Shown here: piece by piece, positions 44,410 to 53,089 of the stretch
Numbering within the stretch: the first letter of the stretch is position 1
Layout of the letters: every line of letters begins with the position of its first letter
Source of the DNA: Clostridia bacterium
GTDB taxonomy: Bacteria; Bacillota; Clostridia; Christensenellales; Borkfalkiaceae
Reading direction: 5' to 3'
Assembly: GCA_017399035.1 (NCBI GenBank)
Contig: JAFQEM010000018.1
Location: 18,389-82,388, forward strand
Length of the DNA stretch: 64,000 bases
Made by a program: the position numbers and the translations under genes
Notes under the pieces: model-generated
Databases searched by the model: none
Seen by the model: only the letters and a program-made list of their open reading frames with translations
What the model was told of the DNA's origin: nothing

Positions 44410-44452
44410 ACACGCCCGACGGAATTTTTTCCGTCGGGCGTGTTTGTTTTTT
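44410..44452. terminator. Bidirectional terminator between the LRR gene (+) and rsmI (-)
   Basis: 13-bp stem acacgcccgacgg / ccgtcgggcgtgt followed by ttgtttttt. Confidence 0.88.
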
Positions 44453-44460
44453 AACAATTT

Positions 44461-45255
44461 TTATATGGTGTATTTATAAAGTGAAGATTTTGAAACACCA
44501 CGCTCTTTTGCAACTTTCTTTAGGGCATCTTTTTTATCAAGCCCTTGAGCAATATACAGTTCTATATGCTCTTTTTCTGAAAGTTTAAGGTTTTCGTTCT
44601 CTATTTTTGCGCCTTCAACAAGCAAAACGTATTCCCCTTTAGGCTCGCTTTTAATTCCGTCTTCAAGGTTAAACTGTTCTGCCCTTTCGTAAAGTTTGGT
44701 TATTTCTTTAACGGCAACCGCGCGCCTTTGACCAAACACGGAATAAACGCTTTCAATATCTCTTTTTATATCGTGGGGCGCACAATAAAAAATGAGCGTT
44801 AAATCAAGGTCTTTATATCTTTGTAAAAACTCTTTTCTTTCGCTCTGTTTTTCTGGCATAAACCCTAAAAAGCAAAACTTTGAACTATCAAGCCCACCAA
44901 GCACCAAAGCGGAAACGAATGCGCACGCCCCAGGTATAACGGTAAATTCTAACCCGTTTTCTATTAGCATTTGGGCAAGCACGTTGCCAGGGTCAGAAAT
45001 AACGGGCATACCAGCGTCTGATATAACGGCAATGTTTTTGCCATCTTTAAGTTTTTCAATAATTTTTTCGCTACACTCTTTTTCGTTAAACTTGTGATAA
45101 GAAAACAAGGGTTTTTTAATCTCGTAAGCATTTAAAAGCCCCAAAGAGTGGCGTGTATCTTCACAAGCAATTTCGTCAACGCTTTTTAATACTTCTAATG
45201 CGCGTAACGATATATCTTTTAAGTTGCCGATAGGCGTTCCAACAAAATACAGCAT
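44461..45255 (-). CDS. rsmI: 16S rRNA (cytidine1402-2'-O)-methyltransferase RsmI
   Basis: MLYFVGTPIGNLKDISLRALEVLKSVDEIACEDTRHS... with a C-terminal HTH-like tail. Confidence 0.9.
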   Translation of the reverse strand: MLYFVGTPIGNLKDISLRALEVLKSVDEIACEDTRHSLGLLNAYEIKKPLFSYHKFNEKECSEKIIEKLKDGKNIAVISDAGMPVISDPGNVLAQMLIENGLEFTVIPGACAFVSALVLGGLDSSKFCFLGFMPEKQSERKEFLQRYKDLDLTLIFYCAPHDIKRDIESVYSVFGQRRAVAVKEITKLYERAEQFNLEDGIKSEPKGEYVLLVEGAKIENENLKLSEKEHIELYIAQGLDKKDALKKVAKERGVSKSSLYKYTI

Positions 45256-45267
45256 AACTGATAACCC

Positions 45268-45933
45268 TTAATTTTTGATTGAATTATGCACGGTCAAACC
45301 GCTTTTTCCACCTTTAACACCTTCTAAAAGAAAAAGGTAAGGTTCTTTTTTTCCGCCGTTGACAAACTGCAAACGTTTTGGCTCTATGCCGTGCGATTTT
45401 AATTCATAAATTACTTCTGCAAGCCTATCCGCGCGGTGAACTAAATTGACCCTTCCGCCAAACTTAAGCGCGGTAGATATTGCGCAAACCAACTCTGAAA
45501 GACTTAATTCTACCTCTGCCCTGCAAATTGCAATATGGTCCTTTTCGTCTTTAAACCCTCTGCCTATTGCCATATAAGGGGGGTTGCAAGTTATAAGTGA
45601 AAATTTACCTGCGTATTGAGTGCCAAGGTCTTGCAGTTTAGCGTTTACCGCAACGAACTTTTTGCCCAAATTATTATATTCTATGCTTTTTTGAGAGAGT
45701 TCATATAGCGGTTTTTGCATTTCAAACAGCGTAACCGATTCAATTAAATTAGCGTTTAACGAATAAAGATTAAAGCCAACGATACCGCAACCTGCGCAAA
45801 AATCCGCAACCGTATCGCCTTTTTTTACACGCGTAAACTCGGATAGCAAAATTGCATCCGAAGTAAAACAATAAAGACCGTCGTCTTGATATACTTTTAT
45901 ATTTTCACGCTGTAAATCTTCTAATCTTAACAT
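45268..45933 (-). CDS. Class I SAM-dependent N6-adenine methyltransferase (YabB / tRNA1(Val) m6A37 type)
   Basis: DFCAGCGIVG (SAM motif I) and CNPPYM (NPPY motif IV). It sits upstream of rsmI, as in B. subtilis yabB-yabC. Confidence 0.75.
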   Translation of the reverse strand: MLRLEDLQRENIKVYQDDGLYCFTSDAILLSEFTRVKKGDTVADFCAGCGIVGFNLYSLNANLIESVTLFEMQKPLYELSQKSIEYNNLGKKFVAVNAKLQDLGTQYAGKFSLITCNPPYMAIGRGFKDEKDHIAICRAEVELSLSELVCAISTALKFGGRVNLVHRADRLAEVIYELKSHGIEPKRLQFVNGGKKEPYLFLLEGVKGGKSGLTVHNSIKN

Positions 45934-46041
45934 AATTTTTAGTTTTATATATCGTTAGTATAAACGAATTAAAATTTTAAAACTGCCGATAAACTTAAAA
46001 TGACGGTGCGAAAATCGCACCGCCATTTCTTTTGCTATTCT

Positions 46042-46212
46042 TATTCTTCTGAAATAGCCTCTACGGGGCAACCTGCTGCGCACGCTCCGCAACTCATGCA
46101 AGCTTCTGCATCAATAACGTATTGACCTTCGCCTTCGCTGATTGCGCCACAAGGACAGGTGTCTGCACACGCACCACAAGAGATGCATTGGTCACTAATC
46201 TTATAAGCCATG
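46042..46212 (-). CDS. Clostridial-type 2x[4Fe-4S] ferredoxin (56 aa; absent from the ORF track)
   Basis: Minus-strand translation: MAYKISDQCISCGACADTCPCGAISEGEGQYVIDAEACMSCGACAAGCPVEAISEE. It has two CxxCxxCxxxCP motifs and RBS aaaggaggt. A hairpin at 46004-46022 follows. Confidence 0.9.
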
Positions 46213-46272
46213 AGAAATTACCTCCTTTTGTTATACTTATATTGTATCACAAACTTTTCCATTTGTAAACAA

Positions 46273-47169
46273 CTAATCTAAAATTTTTTTCATATCTTCA
46301 GAAACCTTTTCGTCGTCATCATCTTCGCCGTTTTTAGAGTTTCCATTTTTTGCTCTGTTAAATTGCAATCTATCAACGGGAAAATCTTTATAAACTTCAC
46401 TTCCGTCGCCTTTGGCAATTTTCACCTTGGAAATTAGTTTCAACATATCGTTAGAAACCACCACGCCTTGCCCCTCGGGTGTTCCAACCGTTCCGCCAAC
46501 CTTGGGCATTTTTTTATAAACTTCAGCGTAATAGTCGTTTTCATATTCTAAACAACACATTAATCTTCCGCAAAGTCCGCTAATTTTGCCAGGGTTAAGG
46601 TGCAAACCTTGTGTTTTTGCCATTTTTATTGAAACTTTGCCAAAATCACTCATACAACTTGCGCAACAACAAGTTCTTCCGCACGGCGCAATTCCACCTA
46701 AAATTTTTGTTTCGTCTCTAATACCAACTTGGCGAAGTTCTATGCGAAGATGAAATCTGCCCGCTAGAACTTTAACAAGTTCTCTAAAATCTACTCTTCC
46801 GTCAGAAGTAAAGTAAAACACGAGTTTTTTTCCGTCAAACGCATATTCACACCCGATAAGTTTCATATCGAGTTTCATTTCACGAATTTTTTCGTTTGCA
46901 AATTCCATTGCCTCTGGAATTTTTTTCTCGTTATCTCTGATAATTTTTTCGTCTTTTTCGTCAGCCTTGCGCAATATGGTTTTTAAAGGATGAACTATTT
47001 CACTATCTGGCACTTCTTTTATACCAAAAGCAACCGTTCCGTATTCTAAACCCTTTGCAGTTTCTACCACAACACCCGAATCTTTTTCATAAATTTCGTT
47101 TTCAGATGCGGGTGCAAAATAATATACTTTGGCAGTGTTTTTAAACTTTACGCCTATAATTTTTGCCAT
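46273..47169 (-). CDS. ricT: PSP1-domain protein YaaT/RicT (stage 0 sporulation protein)
   Basis: 298 aa. VKFKNTAKVYYF...GLEYG.V and a Cys cluster (CGRTCCC...CGRLMCCL). It lies downstream of holB, as in Firmicutes. Confidence 0.85.
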   Translation of the reverse strand: MAKIIGVKFKNTAKVYYFAPASENEIYEKDSGVVVETAKGLEYGTVAFGIKEVPDSEIVHPLKTILRKADEKDEKIIRDNEKKIPEAMEFANEKIREMKLDMKLIGCEYAFDGKKLVFYFTSDGRVDFRELVKVLAGRFHLRIELRQVGIRDETKILGGIAPCGRTCCCASCMSDFGKVSIKMAKTQGLHLNPGKISGLCGRLMCCLEYENDYYAEVYKKMPKVGGTVGTPEGQGVVVSNDMLKLISKVKIAKGDGSEVYKDFPVDRLQFNRAKNGNSKNGEDDDDEKVSEDMKKILD

Positions 47170-48137
47170 TTATATTTTCCCTCCAAAATTTGGAACAACA
47201 GCCACTCAATCAGCATAGTTGAGTTTGCATTGAATTTTTTTCGCTTTTGCGCTTGAGTTATTTTCTCTAACGCGCCAACTAGCGCGCCCACGCAATAGCC
47301 CTTTGCATCTTTTATTCTTATATAAGTTTGTTTATCTAACACTAAATCTTCTCTGCCCTGCTTTGCCGTAAGCAAATCTCTAAACATAAGTTCCGTTACA
47401 GACAAAAAGTCAGACACTTCGCACTTTAATGCTGTAAGTTTTGCAGAATATTTTAAAACGTCTTTACTAGATTGCATATTGCAAATCATATCGCAACAAA
47501 AATCAGTTAAGTCTTTTAAACCCTCGTCTGCGTAGAGCGCAGATGCCCTACCCACAGTTCCGTCACCACACGCAATAGCCGAAGAAAGTTTAGCCGTGTC
47601 TGGATAATCTTGTTGCATTGCCGAAAACAATTTGTCTGCCGAATAAGGGGGAATTTCTAACTTTTTGACCCTTGATTTTACCGTTGCCAGTAAAGGAAAT
47701 TCACTTGTTGCGCCTATTATAATATGCACGCCTTCAGGGGGTTCTTCAAGAGTTTTTAGCAACTTGTTTTGCGCAGACGCATTCATATTTTGCGCTTGCG
47801 AAAGCACGAAAAACTTTTTATCCCCTTCAATAGGCTTTAAATAACTTTCTTCAATGAGTGAATTTATATCTTCACTGTTTATAGATTGACCGTTTTTAGG
47901 ATAAAACACCACGTCTGAAAAAGCGTTTTCCCCTATTAGTCTACAAGCGCGACAATTAAAACACGGGTGCTCTTTTCCACAAACCATAAGGCGCGCAAAA
48001 ATTTTAAGATATTCGTCAAGATTTTCGCCGTCTGCCGTCAAAATTAGATAGGCGTGAGATAACCTTCCGCTTAAAAGTTCGCCTCTAACTGTTTTATACG
48101 CACCCGTTTGTTTAACGAGCGAAAAAAGGTCTATCAT
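47154..48137 (-). CDS. holB: DNA polymerase III subunit delta'
   Basis: 327 aa. SHAYLI... with no intact P-loop, a CxxCxxC Zn module (CFNCRACRLI), LLKTLEEPP and SRV. It follows tmk with a 4-nt overlap. Confidence 0.78.
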   Translation of the reverse strand: MIDLFSLVKQTGAYKTVRGELLSGRLSHAYLILTADGENLDEYLKIFARLMVCGKEHPCFNCRACRLIGENAFSDVVFYPKNGQSINSEDINSLIEESYLKPIEGDKKFFVLSQAQNMNASAQNKLLKTLEEPPEGVHIIIGATSEFPLLATVKSRVKKLEIPPYSADKLFSAMQQDYPDTAKLSSAIACGDGTVGRASALYADEGLKDLTDFCCDMICNMQSSKDVLKYSAKLTALKCEVSDFLSVTELMFRDLLTAKQGREDLVLDKQTYIRIKDAKGYCVGALVGALEKITQAQKRKKFNANSTMLIEWLLFQILEGKYKWQKL

Positions 48138-48757
48138 AAAACTCCCTTTTCTTTGAGCGCAGATATAACTTTAGCGTGAGTTTGTTCTTTTTCACCGCTA
48201 GCGTCTATGACTATAAAGCGTTCGGGGTATTTTTTTGCCAAATCTAAATAGCCACCGTATACTTTGTTGTGAAATTCTGCGCCAGACAATTCAACTCTAT
48301 CAGTTTTATCTACGCCACCTTTTCTCTTAAAAGCCTCTTCGGGGGTAAGATTAAGAAAAATAGTGTAATCGGGCATAAAGTTCTTTATGGCAAAATCGTT
48401 AATTTTTTCAATGAACTCTACGCCTAGACCTCTAGCGTAACCTTGATATGCAAGCGAAGAATCTACGTATCTATCGCAAAGCACCAACTCACCGTTAGCA
48501 AGTTTTGGCGCAACTACTTCTTTTAAGAGTTGCACACGCGCCGCCGCGTAAAGAAGAGCCTCGCATTCGTCAGTCATAGAAACGTTTTTACCGTCTAGAA
48601 TAACGTTTCTAATTTGTTCTGAAACGGGCGTGCCACCCGGCTCACGGGTGAGGTAATATTTTATGTTGTTATTTTTAAGATAATCTTCTAAAAGTTTTAT
48701 TTGGCGAGATTTACCCACCCCTTCACAACCTTCAAAAGTAACGAAAGTACCTTTCAT
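48134..48757 (-). CDS. tmk: dTMP (thymidylate) kinase
   Basis: FVTFEGCEGVGKS...TREPGGT...DRY.DSSLAYQG. Confidence 0.93.
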   Translation of the reverse strand: MKGTFVTFEGCEGVGKSRQIKLLEDYLKNNNIKYYLTREPGGTPVSEQIRNVILDGKNVSMTDECEALLYAAARVQLLKEVVAPKLANGELVLCDRYVDSSLAYQGYARGLGVEFIEKINDFAIKNFMPDYTIFLNLTPEEAFKRKGGVDKTDRVELSGAEFHNKVYGGYLDLAKKYPERFIVIDASGEKEQTHAKVISALKEKGVL

Positions 48758-48775
48758 AATTTTATCCTGATTTTA

Positions 48776-49822
48776 TTAAATATTAACGTTATCGTAAATG
48801 TTACTGCACTCTCTTACGATAGTATTTATAAACGAAATACACTCGTATTGCAAATGCGGTTGATAAGAACGGAAATTAAAAGCCATTATGCAAACGTCTT
48901 TTGCAGTAGCCTCTTCTGCGCCCCTAACTGTAAAATATTTAGAGGGGTTTGAGTGTTCAGTTGTTGCGTGTTTAGTAAGCCCCTCAACCTTGAGTGCGTA
49001 AACCAAATTTTCTCTGCCGTTATCTTTTTCTTCTTGAACAGCCTTTTCCCAGTACTCTTTATCTTCAGAATTTTCATCAAGCCTATTAAAAGTTTGTTCG
49101 TATTTAGTATACTTTAAAAACAAACCGTCGTACGCTGAATCGTTTTTATGAGAAAGCAATTCTTCAAAATAAATAAGTTCTTTATAAAGTTGTTTAACAC
49201 GCTCGGTTTCAAGTTTTATTCCGTCTTTAATTTGTGATTCTTTTCTAAAACGGTTGTCCTTTTTCATACGTGCACGGAACACCGATTCTATCTTTGCTTG
49301 GTCAAGGTTACTTTCATTGTAAGTGTCAAACACACTTTGAGTGCTATTATCTTTCATAAAAGTATCTAGAAGATATTTTTGCCCGTCTGCAAGCATTTGT
49401 TCAAAAGAATATCCGTAATAGTTGTCAATCATTGTTTTTGCCCTGATTTCTTTTGGTTTATCTTCAGGGTTTTCAGGAACGTCGTCAATACCTTTGCAAT
49501 CGGTAATCAAAATATCGCCCTCTTGTACGGTAAGTCGGGTTGCTAAAACGTTATATTCGGAAGTAAGCGATTCACTGCTTACAGACAAAACGTCGTAACT
49601 AAAAGTATTTTTATCTTCAAACAAATCGTGCAAAACACTTGAATCGCCCATTATAGTTTGGTCGTAATAAAACTTAAATTCTTGACCTACGGTAAGTCTT
49701 ACTGCGCCTATGGTATAAGCAAGTTCCCACACCACGATGGCAACTATTGATATTACAATCATCAAAATCCACTCGTAAGCAAGAAAGTCAGACAACCTTC
49801 TTTTGGTAATTTTATTATCCAT
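48776..49822 (-). CDS. Membrane-anchored hypothetical protein
   Basis: 348 aa with one N-terminal TM (WILMIVISIVAIVVWELAY). The remainder is charged and has no recognised motif. Confidence 0.55.
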   Translation of the reverse strand: MDNKITKRRLSDFLAYEWILMIVISIVAIVVWELAYTIGAVRLTVGQEFKFYYDQTIMGDSSVLHDLFEDKNTFSYDVLSVSSESLTSEYNVLATRLTVQEGDILITDCKGIDDVPENPEDKPKEIRAKTMIDNYYGYSFEQMLADGQKYLLDTFMKDNSTQSVFDTYNESNLDQAKIESVFRARMKKDNRFRKESQIKDGIKLETERVKQLYKELIYFEELLSHKNDSAYDGLFLKYTKYEQTFNRLDENSEDKEYWEKAVQEEKDNGRENLVYALKVEGLTKHATTEHSNPSKYFTVRGAEEATAKDVCIMAFNFRSYQPHLQYECISFINTIVRECSNIYDNVNI

Positions 49823-49897
49823 TTTACTCCTTTAAATTAGGGGATTAAAAAGTTTTTTTAAGGCGGATAAGCGTTACAACTTAACCGCCTATTTAAA

Positions 49898-51400
49898 TTA
49901 TTTTTTCAAAGGACGCATTGTGGGGAAAAGTATAACGTCTCTAATAGACGCGCTGTCGGTTAAAAGCATAACCAACCTGTCCACACCAAAACCAAGTCCA
50001 CCCGTTGGGGGCAAGCCGTATTCTAGTGCCGTAACAAAATCTTCGTCTACCTTTGCGTCGTTACCACCGCGCGCACGCTTTGCCTCAACCTGTTTAACAA
50101 ACCTTTCTTTTTGGTCAATCGGGTCGTTAAGTTCAGAGAACGCGTTACCCATTTCTCTTGCGTAAATAAAGTATTCAAATCTTTCCGTAAACGCAGGATT
50201 TGACGGCTTACGTTTTGCAAGCGGTGAGTTCTCTACTGGGTAATCGTAAATAATAGTAGGTTGAACGAGTTTTTCTTCAACGAAAGCATCAAAGAAAGCA
50301 ATGAGAACGTGCCCTTTAGTAGCCTCGTCGCCCTCTTCAACAACAACGCCTTTTTCTTTTGCAACCGCTCTTGCATCTTCGTCGGTTGCCCAGTCGTTAT
50401 AATCTACGCCAGCGTATTTTTTAACAGCGTCAACCATAGTAAGTCTTTCCCACTTTTTGCCCATATCAATGTCAACGCCTTGATATGTGATTTTATCAGT
50501 TCCGCAAACCTGAACGGTTATGGTGCGATACATATCTTCAATCAAATTCATCATATCAAAGTAATCGCTATACGCTTGATACATTTCAACCGTGGTAAAC
50601 TCTGGGTTGTGCGAACGGTCCATACCTTCGTTACGGAAAATTCTACCAACTTCGTAAACCTTATCAAAACCGCCTACTATAAGACGTTTTAAATAAAGTT
50701 CGGTTTCTATACGCAAATACATATCAATGTCAAGAGCGTTGTGATGAGTTTTGAAAGGTCTTGCAGCCGCGCCTATTTCAAGGGGTTGCAAAACAGGCGT
50801 ATCAACTTCTAAATAGCCAACCCCGTCAAGATAACTTCTGATAGCAGAAAGTATTTTTGAACGCATAACGAAAGTCTTTTTAACTTCTGGGTTAGCGATA
50901 AGGTCAATTTCTCTTTGACGATATCTCGTGTCTTCATCTTTTAAGCCGTGATATTTTTCAGGCAACGGCAAAAGTGATTTAGCAAGCAATTCGATACTTC
51001 TTGCGTGGATAGAAACTTCACCCGTGCGAGTTGTAAACACTTCGCCAGTTATACCCACGATATCGCCGATATCGTATTCTTTAAACGCAAGATAGTCGTC
51101 GCCTAAATCGTTAATTGAAAGGTAAGATTGAATAGTTCCCTTTCCGTCAAGTATAACGGCAAAAGACGCTTTGCCCATTATACGTTTTGATATAAGTCTA
51201 CCAGCAATACCAACCGACTTTCCCTCGTAAGACGCATAGTCGTCTTTTACGTCTTGAGAGTACGCCGTTCTGTCGTATCTAACTTTTTCAAACGGATTTT
51301 TGCCTGCGCTAACAAGAGCGTCAAGTTTATCACGTCTGATTTTTAATATTTCATTTAAATCTTGTTCTTCCGTTACCGGAACGTTTCTCTTTTCTTCCAT
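49898..51400 (-). CDS. lysS: Lysine--tRNA ligase (class II)
   Basis: 500 aa. OB-fold N-domain, then FLEVDTP, RIFRNEG, and GLGFGVDRLVMLLT (class II motifs 1-3). Confidence 0.95.
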   Translation of the reverse strand: MEEKRNVPVTEEQDLNEILKIRRDKLDALVSAGKNPFEKVRYDRTAYSQDVKDDYASYEGKSVGIAGRLISKRIMGKASFAVILDGKGTIQSYLSINDLGDDYLAFKEYDIGDIVGITGEVFTTRTGEVSIHARSIELLAKSLLPLPEKYHGLKDEDTRYRQREIDLIANPEVKKTFVMRSKILSAIRSYLDGVGYLEVDTPVLQPLEIGAAARPFKTHHNALDIDMYLRIETELYLKRLIVGGFDKVYEVGRIFRNEGMDRSHNPEFTTVEMYQAYSDYFDMMNLIEDMYRTITVQVCGTDKITYQGVDIDMGKKWERLTMVDAVKKYAGVDYNDWATDEDARAVAKEKGVVVEEGDEATKGHVLIAFFDAFVEEKLVQPTIIYDYPVENSPLAKRKPSNPAFTERFEYFIYAREMGNAFSELNDPIDQKERFVKQVEAKRARGGNDAKVDEDFVTALEYGLPPTGGLGFGVDRLVMLLTDSASIRDVILFPTMRPLKK

Positions 51401-51415
51401 AATGTAACCCTTAAA

Positions 51416-51886
51416 TTAGTAAACTTTTTTGATTGTAAGACTTGTGATGCCTGCAGGAACAACAACTTTAACCGTTTCACCTGCTTTTCTACCCAAAAGA
51501 GCGTTGCCGATAGGCGATTCGTTAGAAATTCTTCCAAGTTCAACGTCTGCCTCGGTAGTACCAACTATTTCGTAAGTGAATAATTCATTCAAATCGTCGT
51601 CAATAAAATCAACCTTGCTACCAAGCGATACCGTTCCCTTTTTAGTGGCTGAATCTTTGATGATAACCGCATATTTGAGTTTGTGTTCAATCTCAAGTAT
51701 TTCGCCTTCAATCATAGCCTGTTCGTTTTTAGCCGCATCATATTCTGCGTTTTCTGACAAGTCGCCAAATTCTCTTGCGGTTTTAATTCTTTCAGTGATT
51801 TCAGGACGTTTTACAAGTTTTAAAAACTCTAAACGTTTTTCAAGTTCCTCTTTGCCTTCTTTAGTAAGCATTACTTCTTCTGCCAT
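51416..51886 (-). CDS. greA: Transcription elongation factor GreA
   Basis: 156 aa. LTKEG...L..EL..L...RPEI...I..ARE.GDLSENAEYDAAK; C-terminal VSL.SP.G.ALLG. Confidence 0.93.
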   Translation of the reverse strand: MAEEVMLTKEGKEELEKRLEFLKLVKRPEITERIKTAREFGDLSENAEYDAAKNEQAMIEGEILEIEHKLKYAVIIKDSATKKGTVSLGSKVDFIDDDLNELFTYEIVGTTEADVELGRISNESPIGNALLGRKAGETVKVVVPAGITSLTIKKVY

Positions 51887-51963
51887 AAATGACCTCCGTG
51901 TTAAATCGGTTTTTTTTAATATAAAATTTTAGGCGGTTTTCCGCCCCTTAATTCGACTTAAAT

Positions 51964-51992
51964 ATTATATCGTTTAAGTGCCATTTTGTCAA
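51964..51992 (-). promoter_or_regulatory. Consensus sigma-A promoter of greA-lysS
   Basis: Minus strand: TTGACA (51992-51987), 17 nt, TATAAT (51969-51964). Confidence 0.65.
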
Positions 51993-52104
51993 CCTTATGA
52001 TAAAGTTTGCACCCCGTCGGTAACTTTTAGGGGTACAAAAATGCATTTTTTAAAAAATATTTTGAAAAAAATGATAAAAAAGTGAAAAAAATTTTCAAAA
52101 CCCC

Positions 52105-52132
52105 TTGACAAACGCATTTTTTGTGATATAAT
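52105..52132 (+). promoter_or_regulatory. Near-consensus sigma-A promoter with no downstream plus-strand ORF (orphan)
   Basis: TTGACA (52105-52110), 16 nt ending in TGa, TATAAT (52127-52132). Confidence 0.55.
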
Positions 52133-52220
52133 TACCTATGTAATAAGGGATTTATGATTTTTTATGTCAGTCGGTTTTTACCGACACGTTAAAGGCTTTT
52201 CCGAATAATATATGAAAAAA

Positions 52221-52252
52221 GAAGGTTGCTTTGAGCGACCTTCTTTACTTTT
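52221..52252. terminator. Bidirectional terminator (DUF1540 gene on the minus strand; orphan transcript on the plus strand)
   Basis: gaaggttgc-tttga-gcgaccttc (52221-52243). T-tracts on both strands (tttactttt / ttttttc). Confidence 0.7.
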
Positions 52253-52278
52253 AAATTTCTTTTGTTAAAATTAGATAA

Positions 52279-52425
52279 CTATTCTTTTTCAGAATAATCA
52301 CCGCAACAAGTGCAAGATTCACCGCAACCGCAAGTTACTTTAATGCTGTCTAGTTGACAATTACAACCGTCTGCGTTATGTTTGCACTTTTCTACGTCGC
52401 ATTTGATACAATAATTTTTCTTCAT
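52279..52425 (-). CDS. DUF1540-type small Cys-rich protein (48 aa; absent from the ORF track)
   Basis: Minus-strand translation: MKKNYCIKCDVEKCKHNADGCNCQLDSIKVTCGCGESCTCCGDYSEKE with RBS aaggagc. The C.V..C.H......C....I.V pattern is typical of DUF1540 in spore formers. Confidence 0.75.
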   Translation of the reverse strand: MKKNYCIKCDVEKCKHNADGCNCQLDSIKVTCGCGESCTCCGDYSEKE

Positions 52426-52483
52426 AATACGCTCCTTGTAAAAATATTATGCACGCAAAATTTGAAAAGTATACCTCATATTA

Positions 52484-52512
52484 TTGACTTTACACCCTTA
52501 AAGCGTTAAAAT
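52484..52512 (+). promoter_or_regulatory. Sigma-A promoter of rplI
   Basis: TTGACT (52484-89), 17 nt, TAAAAT (52507-12). Confidence 0.55.
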
Positions 52513-52588
52513 ATAAGCGTAAAAATATTCTTTTGAAAGCACAAAAATTTAGTTTTTAACTACAAAATATTTAAAAGGGAGACAAGTT

Positions 52589-53029
52589 ATGAAAGTCGTT
52601 TTATTAAAAGACGTTAAAGGCTCGGGCAAAGCGGGCGACATTATAGAGGCTAAAGATGGATTTGCGCAAAACTTCCTTATAAAAAAGGGCTTGGCCAAAC
52701 CTGCCGACGCACAGGCTTTAAGCGAAAATAAATCACAAAAAGCAGCGCAAGAGTTTCACAGACAAGAAACCTTGAAAGCAAACAAAGAACTTCGCCTAAA
52801 ACTTGACGGAACAGAAATTACCGTTCAAGTTAAGAGCGGTGCTAACGGCAAATTTTTTGGTAGCGTAACCAACAAAGAAATAGCGGACAAACTTTTTGAA
52901 CTAGGTTTTGATATCGACAAAAAGAAAATCAATATTCAAGCAGGCGTTAAAACCGCTGGCATTTACCCCGTAACCATTAGAATTTCAGCAGAAGAAACTG
53001 CAAAAATTTCCGTAAACGTTATAAATTAA
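52589..53029 (+). CDS. rplI: 50S ribosomal protein L9
   Basis: [36 protein letters not shown]... Confidence 0.95.
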   Translation: MKVVLLKDVKGSGKAGDIIEAKDGFAQNFLIKKGLAKPADAQALSENKSQKAAQEFHRQETLKANKELRLKLDGTEITVQVKSGANGKFFGSVTNKEIADKLFELGFDIDKKKINIQAGVKTAGIYPVTIRISAEETAKISVNVIN

Positions 53030-53043
53030 GTTGCAAAAAACAT

Positions 53044-53080
53044 AAAACGGTGCGTAAAATTACGCACCGTTTTTTATTTT
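53044..53080. terminator. Bidirectional terminator between rplI (+) and the GT4 gene (-)
   Basis: aacggtgcgta (53046-56) pairs with tacgcaccgtt (53061-71), followed by ttttatttt. Confidence 0.88.
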
Positions 53081-53089
53081 TGTAAAAAA

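Noticed and set aside
49823-51415. T-box or other leader upstream of lysS
   Set aside because: lysS starts 15 nt after greA and is evidently co-transcribed with it. There is no room for a T-box leader.
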